Assembly: GCA_043228905.1 (NCBI GenBank)
Contig: JBHGNT010000007.1
Span: 7,192,001 to 7,256,000 of the forward strand
Length of the DNA stretch: 64,000 nucleotides
From: Azolla caroliniana
Taxonomy: Eukaryota > Plantae > Polypodiophyta
Direction: 5' to 3'
Shown here piece by piece: positions 25,463 through 38,781 of the stretch (its first letter is position 1; the number at the start of each line of letters is the position of its first letter). The translations under genes and the position numbers were made by a program. The notes under the pieces are model-generated. The model saw nothing but the letters and a program-made list of their open reading frames with translations, made no database searches and had not been told where the DNA came from.

Positions 25463-25920
25463 TGTTGAGCGGCAAGCTCAACCGGATCCAGATCGACTGA
25501 ATAAGGTTGAGCCGGATCGGCATCCAGATGACATCTGGAAGGATGAGCCGGATCGGTATCCGGATACAACCGGCCGGATCGGGGAGACGGATCAGAGAGC
25601 CGGATTCAAGTGCAAATCGGAAGCCTAGTAGTAGCCTAGAATACTAGGTAATCATTGTCTCGTAGTTAGTGTCAATCGCACGTAGGAATATTGAAGTACC
25701 TGTCAGTCCTTTATGGACTTGTATAAAATTGCTCTCTGAGCATATTCTATGTACACAGAGTTTTAGACTATTATTTTGAATTGAGTTTATGTTCTCTCTC
25801 TGTCTCTCCTTCATACGCGTACTCTCTTTGTGTTAAGCTTTCTTCTCATCTTCTGTTGCTATCCGGCAGAGCCTGTTTGTCGAACGCTTCCGCACGCTAA
25901 CTTTCACATGGTATCAGAGC
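25463..25920 (+). mobile_element. LTR with a perfect tRNA-iMet PBS
   Basis: TGTTGAG...TTTCACA (25463-25908) followed directly by TGGTATCAGAGC (25909-25920); CCGGAT-rich U3 and TATAAAA. Confidence 0.85.
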
Positions 25921-26438
25921 GTGAGGGTTGAGAACCTCTTCAACCGACAAACACTTTCGAAGACAAACCCGCCTCTTCGAAGGCCTCCCACAAACTATGA
26001 GCTTCTCGGAGCTCCTTCACTTCCGCGTGCATGCGGAGGCGACGACCCGACAGAGGAACTCCAGCCTCAATGCCTTTTCTACGTCTCGCTCCTCCATTTT
26101 TGCGTTTTAGGCTTCCAAGTAGAATGGGACTTTGTCCCTGTGAAACGGTCAACTCTTTCAACCACTCGCTCAACAACTTGTTGTGTCGTCTCTCTTTTCG
26201 TTGTTGCCCATCCAAACTCCCTCACCGCTTCGACAAAAAGTTGTGTGAAGTCGTCCTCTTCCAACTCCATTCTCCCTTGCCTCCCTTCACGTCGGGTTCA
26301 CCAGAGATGTCGCGTTATTACGCGCGTGCGCGTAGAAGGGGCAGGACCATGGGGGTCTCGGACGAGGGAGAAGGGGATGCCAAGAAAACCGACTCCGGCC
26401 ACGTTGTCGTGAAGATTCCAGGCCATAGGTGGAAACAA

Positions 26439-26995
26439 TGTGAAACGCGCGGGAACACTGGTGTGCACGAGTGCACACCCCTAGTGAATTAATTGGTGTA
26501 AGTTTTATGCATAGGTAGAAGGAGGTGTATTAGATGGTTAAAGCATTAATAGGGATTCAGACATCACGCAAGTAGGGAGAGTTACGAGGAGAGAAAATTA
26601 GGGGGGAGAATCTAGGAAGGGAAAGCGACAAGTTATGAATGCTTTGTAATGGTCGCTCCTTGTGCTATAAATGGGCGACCTTTGATTGTTCAGGATATAT
26701 CATCTAGAAAGGAGAAAAGAAACAACGAGGAGAGGAGACGATGAGTCTTACGAGGTATCACTGGAAGGCGCTTCCCCTGCTCGCGTCGGACGCCCGAGTG
26801 CTCTCGACCGGGGGATCGACCTTCTGCGTGCGTACGTGTCTTTGTATCTAACTATTGTAGAGCTCTACACTCTATCCCTGGCACTAATCTGGTTGTAATT
26901 CCCCACAGCGCTACGCGCATGTTTGATTAATAGAAACTTGTCTACCTAACTCAAGTTGCTCTCAACATCTTTGTCTGTGCCTATGTCTACGCGTG

Positions 26996-27056
<61 letters not shown>

Positions 27057-30000
27057 TCGCTAACCTTCTCTGTTTAACCGCGGTCTCAAGGCTTACGTAA
27101 ACCACAAACTCTTCCTCCCCACTTCTTGATTCCTTGGTTCAAGACCCCCTGTGGTCCTGCCCAACTTCTACGCATCCGCGAGGATTTCCTAGACATCTTT
27201 GGGGAACCCGACGTGAAGAGGGGTAGCAAAGGAATCTAAAAATGAGAGGGAGCGAACTTGCAGAAGCAATGGTGGTGGTAGTAGACCGCCTGGTTAGCGG
27301 TCGCGAGGGCGCGAGTGCCCTTGACAGGGCCATAAAAGCAATGGTCAACAAGATAGGTCGGTTTAGTGGAAAAGACGCCACGAGTTACTTAGAGGCCTAC
27401 AAATCTGAAATGCAGATGAGGAATATACCCGAGGATAGGCGGCTGACAGGGTTTCCCCGGGTCGTGACACCACACATCCATACAAAGATGGCCGAAATAC
27501 AAGCGGGTTGTTGCGATTGGGCGGAATTCGTGGAGGAAGTTCTCAAAAGGTAGAGCTACAACGACTCACTCCGGCTATCGAGAACAGACTTTATGGATTG
27601 GGTCAACAGCCCCGACAAGGTCAAAACGCTTCGGCGCTCCTCCAGGAGTTCGAGTCACGGTTCCCACGGCTCTCTAGATTGGACCGAACCGTGCTCAAAA
27701 CGAGCAAAGTCCTATTTTTCGTCACGTCGTTCGACTCACACGTCCGGGAAAGCATGGGTCTTCTCCTTGAAACCAACCGCGGTCTCACGACTGACTGGGC
27801 GACCGTCAAAGAAGTATGCGGTAGGATTGACAAACGTCGAGATAGGAAAGAAAGGGGGTCCTCGCCGGCCGGACCGGCTGTCGAAACCAAAGCCAAGCCG
27901 ACGCCAAGCCGAATGGAAGAAATGGGGAGGTGGCTCGAGCTAGGCCTACCCCCGGCAAGCGTAGTCGCGGGACCTGCAGGTGGCGCAGGACTCGAAGAAC
28001 TAACAAGGATGGTGCGCGACCTCCAGATCGCCGAGGCCCGATGAAGCGACGAGGGTCAGCTGTGCGACCGGCGGCCAATCAGAGGTGCATATGGTGCTAC
28101 GTCATCGGACATGCCCGGAGAGATTGCGCTGACCTCGGCGAAGCTCTCAAAAGTAATGTAATTTATCTTTCGAATGGTAGGATACATGCGAGTGACACAC
28201 AAAGATTGCTTGACGTGAATTCCGGACGAGGTGGCATGAAGAGGCTAATGGAAGAGGCTGTTGCACGGCACATCAAAGTCGTCCACTACTCGGCTTCAGC
28301 CGGCATCCGCGTAGGTTCAAACCCGATTCAAACCCTGGGTTCTGGCCGGTTATTCTCGAGACCTTGTCCGGAGGAAGGCTGCAAAAGGGAGAAGCGGAGT
28401 GCGCGGAGGAGCGTCTGCGCGAAATTACCGGCTGGAGTGACCCCGTTGAGGAGAGCACCGGCTTTGTGGAGGCCGCGTGCAGGAACTACGAGGCCCTAAT
28501 CGACGAAAGACAAGTGGGGAAAACCGGGGGAGCGGGCCCTTCGGGGAGGTATGACACCCGAAGTACGCTGAAAAGGCACGATGCCACTTCGACCGGGTCC
28601 CAAGAGACGGAGAAGGGCAGGGTTCCAAGCTTCCGTTTAAGCTCGGAGATCGAGAAAACAACGAACCTATAGAAGGTTCTAGAGGAGGGAGTTCTTGACA
28701 GTCGCATAGAACTCACGCTTAGGGAAGTGCTTGGCATAGCAAGGAGGGAATTCCACGACAACATCGTGGACCTCGTGAAGAGAAAGCGTCTCGCGACGTA
28801 GCCGGAGCCCGAGAAGCTGGTTGAGATAAGGGCGGCACTCCTTGACGAGATGGCCAAGGAAGACGAGCTTGCAGAGAGCCACTACGCTAGGCCGCACTGG
28901 GCAAGAGCGAATACAGAAACCCCGGTTCGTATCGGGGACGTAAAGGAACCGGTGGTGGTATTGATCGACCACGGGTCGGAAATTAACCTGATGTCCATGG
29001 ACTTCTACAAAAAGGGGAATTGGCTGATCAACACCAAACACGGGTGGAAGATACGTGTGGCTACAAGAGCCACAGAAGAACTACACGGGGCTTGCCCGAA
29101 CGTCAAGGTGAGCGTTGGAGACGTCGATATTCGTGCAAGAGACGTCCTCCCACCTGGTCATCCTCGGCGAACCATACATCACGGTGGCTAGAATGGAGAC
29201 GAAAGTGTTGGACAATGGTTTAGCCTATGTGAGGGTAAAAAATCAGGACGGCCATCATTCTGTCCAATTTTTGACTGTTCGGAAGAATCACGAGAGGAAC
29301 CGGGACACCCTCGGAAATAACAACAGGGCGGATTTTTAGAAAGGGCTATCAAGGCGTGGGGGCGCGATAGTCCGGATAGCCGGAAAATTCCCCACACCTG
29401 TAAAATAGGAAGGAAATTTTTGTTCTCCGACAACAGGGGATGTACAGTACCCAGCATCAGTGGCCGAGAAAGAAAACGGGCCGAGATACGCTTGAAGGCG
29501 TGCGGAGCCTTAAGTCATGACGAAGGGATTGGGGAAGCCGTGGAGGTGTTCTCGTTCGATGACACCCTTGGCGAAATCGGGAAGGTAGTCGAAGGAGGCC
29601 TAAGCGAAGACCGAGTCATACCGGTCAACTCAGTCGACATGTATGAAGTCATTGCGGACTTCGAAAGAAAGACCAGGGCGCATCAGATCGCCCAAGTAGA
29701 CACCACTTGCGAGATCCGGCCACCATAGGACATCGTTTCACCAACAAAACGCTACGAGAGCTGAAGATCGGTGGGGGTGGCTTCCTACTGCCAGCGGAAG
29801 AGGACCAGTTCAGAAGGATGCTCGAGAGGCACGGGAAAGCCTTCGCATTCTCACCAAGAGAGATCGGGTGCATCGACCCGACCATTGTCAAACCAATGGT
29901 GATCTTTACCGTGTCGCACGTGCCATGGAGTCTCAAACCGATTCAAGTGTCGAGAGCTCACATGCCAATGTTGATGGAGCTTCTTAAGCAGAAGGTGGAG

Positions 30001-32072
30001 CTGGGCATCCTCGAACCATTGAGTGCCCCTTACTCTAACCGGTGGTTTATGGTACCAAAGAAGAACGGTACGTTGCGCTTCATCCATGACTTACAACCGG
30101 TCAATAAGGTGACCATCCGCAATACGGGAGTTGGACCGTCGATCGATGAGTTCGCGGAAGCCTTCGCCGGAAGGTCCATATACTCGGTCAGAGACCTTTA
30201 CTCGGGGGGGTACAACCAGTTCCAGTTGGCCGTGGAAAGCAGGGACATCACTACAATGCGAACCCCTCTTGGTCTAGTTCGAATGTGTACCCTACCACAG
30301 GGAGGGACCAACTGGGTGGCACACATGGTGAATGCAATGAACAGAGTTTTGTGGGACTGCATTCCAGCCATCACCATGCCTTTCCTAGACGACATCCCTA
30401 TCAAGGGGTGTCCGGAGGACACCAAGGATGAGTCGATCGGCACGGACAGGTGCCGAAGGTTTGTCACCGACCATATCTCCCGACTGCGAGAAGATACTAC
30501 AGAGGCTCGAAGATGTGCGACTTACCTTCTCAGGAGAGAAGTCAGCCTTTGGACAACCAGAGATCTTAGTGGTGGGCCATCTATGTGAGTCGTATGGTCG
30601 GAAGCCATCGCCGACCAAGGTAGAGGCCATCTCGGCAATGAAGGAGGAGTGCAGGTCCATCACAAAGGTTTGGCGATTCTTAGGAGCATGAGCCTTCTAC
30701 CACATACGTATACCTCATTATGCGCACGTCACCGAACCACTCTACGGCTTGCTAAAGAAGAGCAGGAAATTCGAATGGACAAAGGAACATACCGAGGCGG
30801 TCCGGAAGCTAAAATGAACGCTCACCGCAACACCAGCTTTACGTAAAGCGGAATACGCACCGGGAACTCCGGTCTACATTATGGTGGACACTAGCCCGAT
30901 CGGGATCAAATGGGTTGTAAATCAAGAGGACGAAGACGACATGCATTTCCCTATCCTGTTCGGTGTGAAGGTACTGAGTGCGCGACAACGAGGATACGCC
31001 CAAGTCAAGCGCGAGCTATGGGGTATCGTTTCGGCGGTTAAGGTCGACAAAGACTACCTAATCGGGACAAAAGTGGTCATAGAAACGGATTGCCTACCGA
31101 TCCTTGGTATGGTCTCCAGATACACAACTCCCGACCTGGCCATGCTCAGGTGGATTGCTACATCAAGTCCCTAAACCCAGAGATACAACACATCTCGGGT
31201 AAAGACAACGCCATGGCCGATATGCTTTCCAGAGCAAGGTTTGAGGACGAGGACGACATGGTATCAGAGAATGAAGAAGTCGGCGCGGACTTCTTCGAAT
31301 CAGCAAGGATGAGGATAAAAAGGCGAAGCGCTCCGCCCCTGAACGAGTTCGACGAAGACGACTACGATGGGGAGTGGCTTCTAATCGGAAGATTTCTGAA
31401 AACAATGACGGCAGACGCCTCAATGACTAGGGAGGAGGCGAGACAGCTCCGAAAAAGGGCATACCGATACTTCCTATGGAACGCGAAGATCTGGAGGGTC
31501 CCAAAAACGCGAAACGATGCGCTGCTCCGGGTAATAGCGTGGGCAGATGATCAAGGGAAGCTAATATCGGAGTTCCACGAAAGCCCTTGGTCTGAACACC
31601 GGGGTACATGGGCCACATTCGAGAAGTTAAAGGAGAAATACTAGTGGTCAGGTATATATAAGAGCATGCACGACTTCGTGTCCACATGCAAAAGTTGCCA
31701 GATGCACTCGGTGGTTCGACACTGCGATGAGCTACACCCAACGTACCCACCGGTCGTGCACTTCAAATGGATGGTCGACTTAGTAACGATGCCGATGGGG
31801 GAGGGTCAAAAGCAATACCTGGTGCTGGCCAAAGAAGACCTAACGAACTAGGTAGAGGGTCCGACACTAACAAACAAGTCCACCATGGCAGTATGTAAGT
31901 TTATGATCAAAGATGTCATATGCCGATACGGGTGCGTGGGAAAAATCGTGGCTAACCGCAGTCTTAGGGCTTACGTAAACCACAGACTCTTCCTCCCCAC
32001 TTCTCAATTCCTTGGTTCAAGACCCATGTGGTCCTGCCCAACTTCTACGCATCCGCGAGAATTTCCTAGACA
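26439..32072 (+). mobile_element. Ty3/gypsy LTR retrotransposon (gag-PR-RT-RH-INT), degenerate and internally deleted, tRNA-Trp PBS
   Basis: 5' LTR 26439-27195; PBS 27200-27217; gag from 27242 with a decayed CCHC knuckle CIWCYVIGHARRDC; protease VLIDHGSEINLM; RT VPKKNGTLRF, LPQG, FLDDIPIKG; RNase H VDTS..RELWG..IETDC; integrase H..H..CKSC and WMVDLV. The 3' LTR remnant 31953-32072 matches 27075-27195. Multiple stops and frameshifts. Confidence 0.93.
26999..27053. repeat. (CT)n microsatellite inside the LTR
   Basis: Perfect CT dinucleotide run. Confidence 0.95.
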
Positions 32073-32092
32073 ATGTCCCAAAGGCAACCTGA

Positions 32093-32095
<3 letters not shown>

Positions 32096-32159
<64 letters not shown>
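32096..32159. repeat. (GA)n microsatellite inside the LTR
   Basis: Perfect GA dinucleotide run. Confidence 0.95.
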
Positions 32160-32162
<3 letters not shown>

Positions 32163-35100
32163 AAGAGAGAGAGCACGCGCGCGACACCGACTCTTATGCA
32201 CAGGAAACAAGGGGCTATGCTCCCGACACCACCAAGTACACCATATGCACAAACAGGTATGAGTATATATATTACAAGGGAAAAGATACAACCCCTGGCT
32301 TCGAGCCGACTACGCTCAGAAGAAAAGAAGTTAACCCTAACAACTTTGCCACCATGGCTACGACACCCGACTTCTCAAGAAGGAGAAGAAGAAGAAGAAG
32401 AAGAACATGAAGTTACTAACCCTAGAAACTCTTGACAAAACGACCCTCCACAAAATGGTATACCTTGATGACTCAAAATGGGCAACCGTTTTCACAAGAG
32501 ACCCCTCCCTCCTTTTATAGACCAAGGAGGGGAGGGCGTTACAATGTGGGATAAATACTCCCCCTTATTCTATACATTGTTTCCTACTATACATGTGCAC
32601 ATGTCGCACACCACCGACTTGCCCTATTCCACCCTGGTTTCACACTGTAACCGAAAATCTTCACGACAACGGCTCATGATAAAATCTTCTGGACTAAAGC
32701 TAAACACTGAAAGGACATGGCTTAACCTACCAAGTTTTCATGGCACGACTTGGATGATGCATTTATTACAACCATTTTCACTCTCTCTTGACAATTTAAC
32801 CATCCACCTTATGTACAAAGATAAATACATAATCACATAATTTAGGTACAACCACAAGAAAAACATGCATCTTTTCACATCAACTTAGGATAGAGAATAT
32901 AATATGGGAAAGTTGATACCTAATAGTGGAAAATAGTGTCATGCAAAAACAATCATCAACATAGTGATACAATGGAAGAGACATATTCGATTTAATGGAG
33001 CACAAAAGCTTGATTATAGCAAAGCAATAACACAACACATGCTCATATGCTCCATAATCTGTGACAAGATTAAGTATTATGACTAAGCGGCTTAAAAATA
33101 ATAACACAATATTTAATATGCTTATATGCCCCATAATTAGTGAGAAAATAATATTACAATCACAATAACTTATCAGCTACGACATTAACTTTTCAAGCTG
33201 CCATCTCAATTAAATTTCAAACAATCAATAGAGGCTTGTTCACTCCAACATAACAAAATCCTTAATCGAATTACATAATAATATTCACAACAAAATTACA
33301 CTTTAAGTGTTTTGATGGTCTCTAATTTTAATATAATTTTGTAAGTGGTATTATGGGACTAATTAATAATTACATTTCAATTGTATTCATCAACACATAA
33401 TATTCTATGGGAAATAAAAATTAATGCTCATAATAATCTAATAATTAGCATTAAAATGGCTCAAGCAAAGTAAAGTAGAGTTATTTCACTAAATTTTGAG
33501 AACCTTATAAACATTCCAACAATATGAAAAACATGTAGGGGTATTTTGTTCCTTTTTCCTTACCTTTCCATAAGGTGATGATATTCTCAACCACCCTTTG
33601 TGTCATGAAACTAGTCTTGAAACTTGGGTTAGAGAAAGTATGTCAAAAACTATTAGCCTCCCTCATCTCAAATTTTAAAGAAACTGATATTGAATGCTCA
33701 ATTATAAAACCCATAAGTCGATACTTGATCCCATTGTTTGAACTTATACATGTTTAAAGTTTATTGTATGAGATATAAAGGCAATGTATGTTTTATTGAC
33801 CTTTAACACATGCAATGACTTATTTTCCTCATGCATCTTCGCATCATTATTCACGAAGTAATTTAATGTTGATTTGCATTACAAGTTACAACATTGAAAG
33901 TGAAACCCAAGCATTAGAAGCAAACATCATTTCCTAAAGTACAATGTGAAAGCATTGTCGTTATATGTTGAATGATACACAATAGACTCTCCTAGTCAAT
34001 TCAAATCGACCCCTCATAGATGCATAAGCTTACCTCAAAAACAGAAGATCCATGACCTCTGACAACAAGTTTGTGATTTGAAATCTTATTATCACATATC
34101 AAAGCTTGATGCAATGTCTAAATTATGCATTCATTAAAAGCGAATGTTTCCATTTTAAGTTTGCAATCATACACCCAAATAGCTTTCTCAAAAAAAAAGT
34201 TACTTTAAAAAATCACTTTCCACTACCAAAGGGTTACAAATGAAAGCATTGTCGTGTAGCATGAGCAAATAAGATTGTACCCAATATTGTTTGTTCCATA
34301 TTTAATATTGATTGAGGAAAGTCCCTTTAGGCCTATTTGTGAAAGTGCCTCGAACAAACGTAACAAGTGAGCCTATATGAACTATCCAAGTTCATGCAAA
34401 ATAATGGATTGAATGAATAAAAAGTGTTATGTGTCTAAGCTTCTATAGCATCACATTTATTTAATTTTCCAAAAAACCACTACTTCGCATTAGTTAGCAA
34501 ATAGAATACAACAAAATTTGTCCAAATCCACAATGGGATCAACATATACAACTTGGAGAAACAACTCCAAAACTAACTAACAAAAACAACAAAAAAACTC
34601 AACCGATCCTCAACTCAAGCAAAATTGAAATAAACCCTCTTTTACCCCGAGTCTACAGCTCCCAACTAACTCTTTTCTAACAACATTATCCAGCTAACAT
34701 GACTATACTAACACACGTTTGTGTCAGCATCACATATTACATATTACATGGAAAATACAAAATTAGCTTATAATTGGAATATGTGTGGTAGTATGATGCA
34801 ATATAATATACAAATCGTTTAATGCTAAGTCTTGGTTTTACTGTACTCAAGAAATGGATCAATTGTTGCATTTATTGCAATCAATTTTCCTTGCTATAAT
34901 AGCTTATCATTATATATGACACATAGTAGATAAGTTGTTAACATCAACACAATAAATAACATCTTCATTGTATTGTCGATTCATCTCTGTTAGACAATTG
35001 TGGTTTTAATTCTGCCATTTACACACATGAAAAATCGTCTCTTTCACATTGCTTATGTAAATTTGGTACATTTCAAGTTCAAGGATTGATGTTTAGTTAT

Positions 35101-35343
35101 GAGGAAAGAGGGGAGACCATTTTCAAAAACTTGTGCAATTACTGTGTTTATTGAAATACTTATAGTTTGAGCTTTAAATGGTGAATTGCACAATTAAGCA
35201 CAATCTTTAAGCCTATGTTCATGTACTTTTCCCATTGGCTAACATTATTAGCCTCTAATTTCTAGCTCAATGTTCGTCTTCATCCTCTATAAGTTTCAAA
35301 TGATAGAATACGTCTTATTTCGCCATACTTTAGCCAAGCTCTT

Positions 35344-35634
35344 TGTTACGGGCATGACCATATAATATCCCGTGGTCAAAATTTACCGTAGTATTCTATA
35401 CACGTGGATAGGTGTGAGGGTTAAACAAGAGTGTAAAGAAGGGGAGGATTACTTTTAATCCTCAGGATTGAGACAACCCATTAGGCCAAGTGTGAACATG
35501 GTTGGGGGCCTTGGGTATCGCTATAAATAAGAGGCCTAGCTACCCTCATTTGTTTAACCCTCAGAACTATCCACGTGTATAGAATACTACGGTAAATTCT
35601 GACTACGAGATATTATATGGTCATGCCCGTAACA
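35344..35634. mobile_element. 291-bp foldback element with TG..CA ends, 85-bp TIRs and a 5-bp TSD
   Basis: TSD CTCTT (35339-35343, 35635-35639); TIRs 35344-35428 / 35550-35634 with 5 mismatches; core contains CTATAAATA. Confidence 0.9.
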
Positions 35635-38600
35635 CTCTTGTTACAAAGTAAGACACGTTTCCATTCACATTAACAACGTTAAGAGTTGTTGTCAAATGTC
35701 CTTGTCATTACTAGTAAATAAAAACCTAATTGGAGAAGTCAAAGTGTTCTTAATGCTCAATATGGCACATGTCTTCCAACTGTAAAGTTTGTAAGCTCAT
35801 TGAAGGAAATGTTTGTGTCTCCTCTAAAATGAAGTTCATCAATTAATTAGAGCGTGCATAAAGTTAAGTTGATATAAATATCATCTTTATTATCGTGGTT
35901 GCTTAGGATGAAAGTAATAATATAATAGCCAAAAGTACAAAAGTTCAAGCAACCCAACCCAACCTCAATTATTCAATTTTAGAGCAAATATAAACCATGG
36001 GTGCACATATCTATTGTCAAGCGAAACCATCAATGACCATTATCCTCGAATGATGCTTCTATTTTCCTTATATGCTTTTCCCTCAAGTTTCCTCTATGAC
36101 ATTATGGTTCTTGGCCATTTGTCAACTCGATCTATCTTGTTGCACCATACTTCTTCCCTTTTGTAGTAAGCTAATCAATATTAAGACTACTTTTGGTCCA
36201 TATTGTTATGATCTCCAAATGTAGGTTAGTATGCATATTTTGGGATATTACAAGGGTGCACTTGAAACTCCACATAGAGTGTGGCTAAAAATCTTGTATA
36301 GTTTTGTCTCTTTATCCTTTCAATATATAAAACTTCATTTCAATCGTTTATGTATAGAACCTTGATTTGATATTGTGGGGTGTAGGACTACTTTTTATCC
36401 ATGTTATCTCCAAAGTTATTTAAGTGGCTAATGTTTTGCGCTAGGATTAGCATGCACAGTCAAGACTTTACAATGTGGGACATTACAATGGTGTGGAGCC
36501 AACTTCAATGTGGCTAAGAGTTTTTGTTTACAATCATCTCTTTATCCTTTCCTTATATCGATTGCATCATGTGATTCGAAATGGAGGGAGATGGGAATCA
36601 TTTGGGAAATCATTGACAAATATATGTAGATCTAGTGGACTCATCACGGGCATGATTTCCTGATTGTATTTTGATAATGCTAAGTAAAGAGAACTATCCA
36701 TATAACATAAAAATGATAAATTTCCCTTTTGCATTATATTTATCTAATTTATTTCTTAACGTTATTCAAGTAGTTGGCCCTTCCATGTAAAAAAAACCAA
36801 TGCGTCATGTATAGTAATTACATAGCCACTAGTTGGTAAATCATAAAGGTTATGCATTTGGTGTAAGGGCTCTACAAGAATGTGAACCCCTTTATTATTT
36901 GATCACAGAATATAGATATGGAATCATTAGCTTTATTATAAAGACGAATTAATCTTTGAAAGAAATCAAAGCAATGGTTTTAAGTTAAGACATTCCCACC
37001 CATTGACACACATGCTTTGAGGTTTGTCTAGAGTCCAAAGGCCAAATAGAGAGAAAACAAGAATATTATTTAAGAGAGAGGCAAAGTCTATGCCATCAAA
37101 TAATAAGGGTAAGCCAAATATACCTCTAGATAAACCACAATGCAAGTTTATTTTATTTCAATCAACCGCACAAAAATTCCCATTGTCACGAGCATACAAA
37201 AAATCATTAGGTTTTTGAGGATAGCTAGGTGGAAAGCAAGCATAAGAGTTCCATGTTCCCCATAACAATAAAATGTGAATCACCTAGAGAACTTCGAGAA
37301 TGCATCGTCTCAAATTTGAGGATTCTTTGACCATGTGAGTCAAGTGATTTCGATGCATCCTAACCAATATCCAAATGATGTAGCTTAAGTTGGGTTAGTT
37401 GAAATTTGATTAACAAGCATGACACTAGCATGGTTTGCACATTGCTTGAAAATATTTCACCTTTGCTAGAAGATTCGGATGATCTTATCACTTTGGAGAT
37501 ACAAATAGTGTAAGAACTACAATAAACAAGATTCAAAAATTTCAATGAGGAGATCAATATGCCTCAACTTACAAAGTAGATTCCTTCTAATATGATATTC
37601 ATTTGCATGGAAGAGGCATTAATGGACTGATATGTCATGGGATACGCAATGATTTGAAGATTTCGCGTCTTACCTTTCACAAAGACCCCAAATAATTTAT
37701 AGAGGTGATTAGTTAGTTATGCAATATGATAAACACTTCTTTGGGTAGTCTAAGTGTTACATAGACCTAGATCGGATCAAACATGTGTGTCAATGGTAGC
37801 GAACACCACCTCCAAGTCTTGCACAAGCAACCAAAACGTTTTCAATTTTATATTATCGTGATTGAGGACACATAGTAGTGAATTCTCCACAAATATTAAG
37901 AAATCAAATAAACCAAGTGCCCATGATAATTATATTTCCAGTTCTTTGATTAGCATTAGTAATCCTAGTAGCCTAGAAATCTAATTCGCAACAATAGATT
38001 TGAATATTTCGAGTCAATTAGAGCATGTGTTAAATGAGCAATCCTAGTAAAAAAACAAAACCGTTTAGTTGGATAATCTAGGATAGTTAGCGTCAATTCC
38101 TAATGTTGATTTCATTCCATCAAATTGAGTTAAACAAATTTCCACTATACAACTTGATCTTTTTGATAATTTGACTATGAAACCCTTAGATTGAGAAACC
38201 AGCTCTTGTTTCATGGATAACGAATTTTCCTTGCTACAAAAAAAAACTTCAACAAGATCCCAAGTCTATCATTGACGGTAGTCATTTATTGAAATTCCAA
38301 TCCATCACGAGATATGGTTAAAGAGTTTGAGCCAAATCGTGTGGTTCTAGGTGATTTTGCAATTATGATTTTCATCAACATTATTCATAGTTCCAAACAT
38401 ATAATTATTTGTGTTGCTCATTGGTTTGCACTTCATAATTTGAAGAGATTGGAGAAACAAGCAATCAATGTGTCCCAAAATATTCGAGCAACTAGAGAGT
38501 ATAATAGAAAAGCCACTCCCAAGTCTTTCACCTCAACAATGTCAGATTCAGTGTTCCAAACATACAATTATTTTTGTTGGTCCTTGGTTTGAACTTCATA

Positions 38601-38781
38601 ATTTGAAGGGATTGGAGAAACAGGCAATCAATGTGTCCAAAAATATTCGAGCAACTAGATAGTATAATAGAAAAAACACTCCGAAGTCTTTCACCTCAAC
38701 AATGTCAAATTCAGTGTTCCAAACATACAAAATTTTGTTGCTCCTTGGTTTGAACTTCATAATTTGAAGGGATTGGAGAAA

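Larger units (their letters stand above)
25921..32879 (-). mobile_element. Truncated Ty3/gypsy element (minus strand): split 5' LTR, tRNA-Trp PBS and gag fragment
   Basis: LTR pieces at 32879-32073 (starts TGTGAAA, contains TATA and (CT)n) and 26438-26308 (ends ACA). PBS TGGTGAACCCGACGTGAA at 26303-26286. The gag fragment (VDRFTG.., MHAEVKELREAHSLWEAFEEA) resembles the gag at 27242. The LTR is interrupted by the plus-strand element at 26439-32072. Confidence 0.7.

Noticed and set aside
26286-26303. tRNA-Trp 3' end with CCA
   Set aside because: Only 18 nt and adjacent to an LTR end; it is a primer-binding site, not a tRNA gene.
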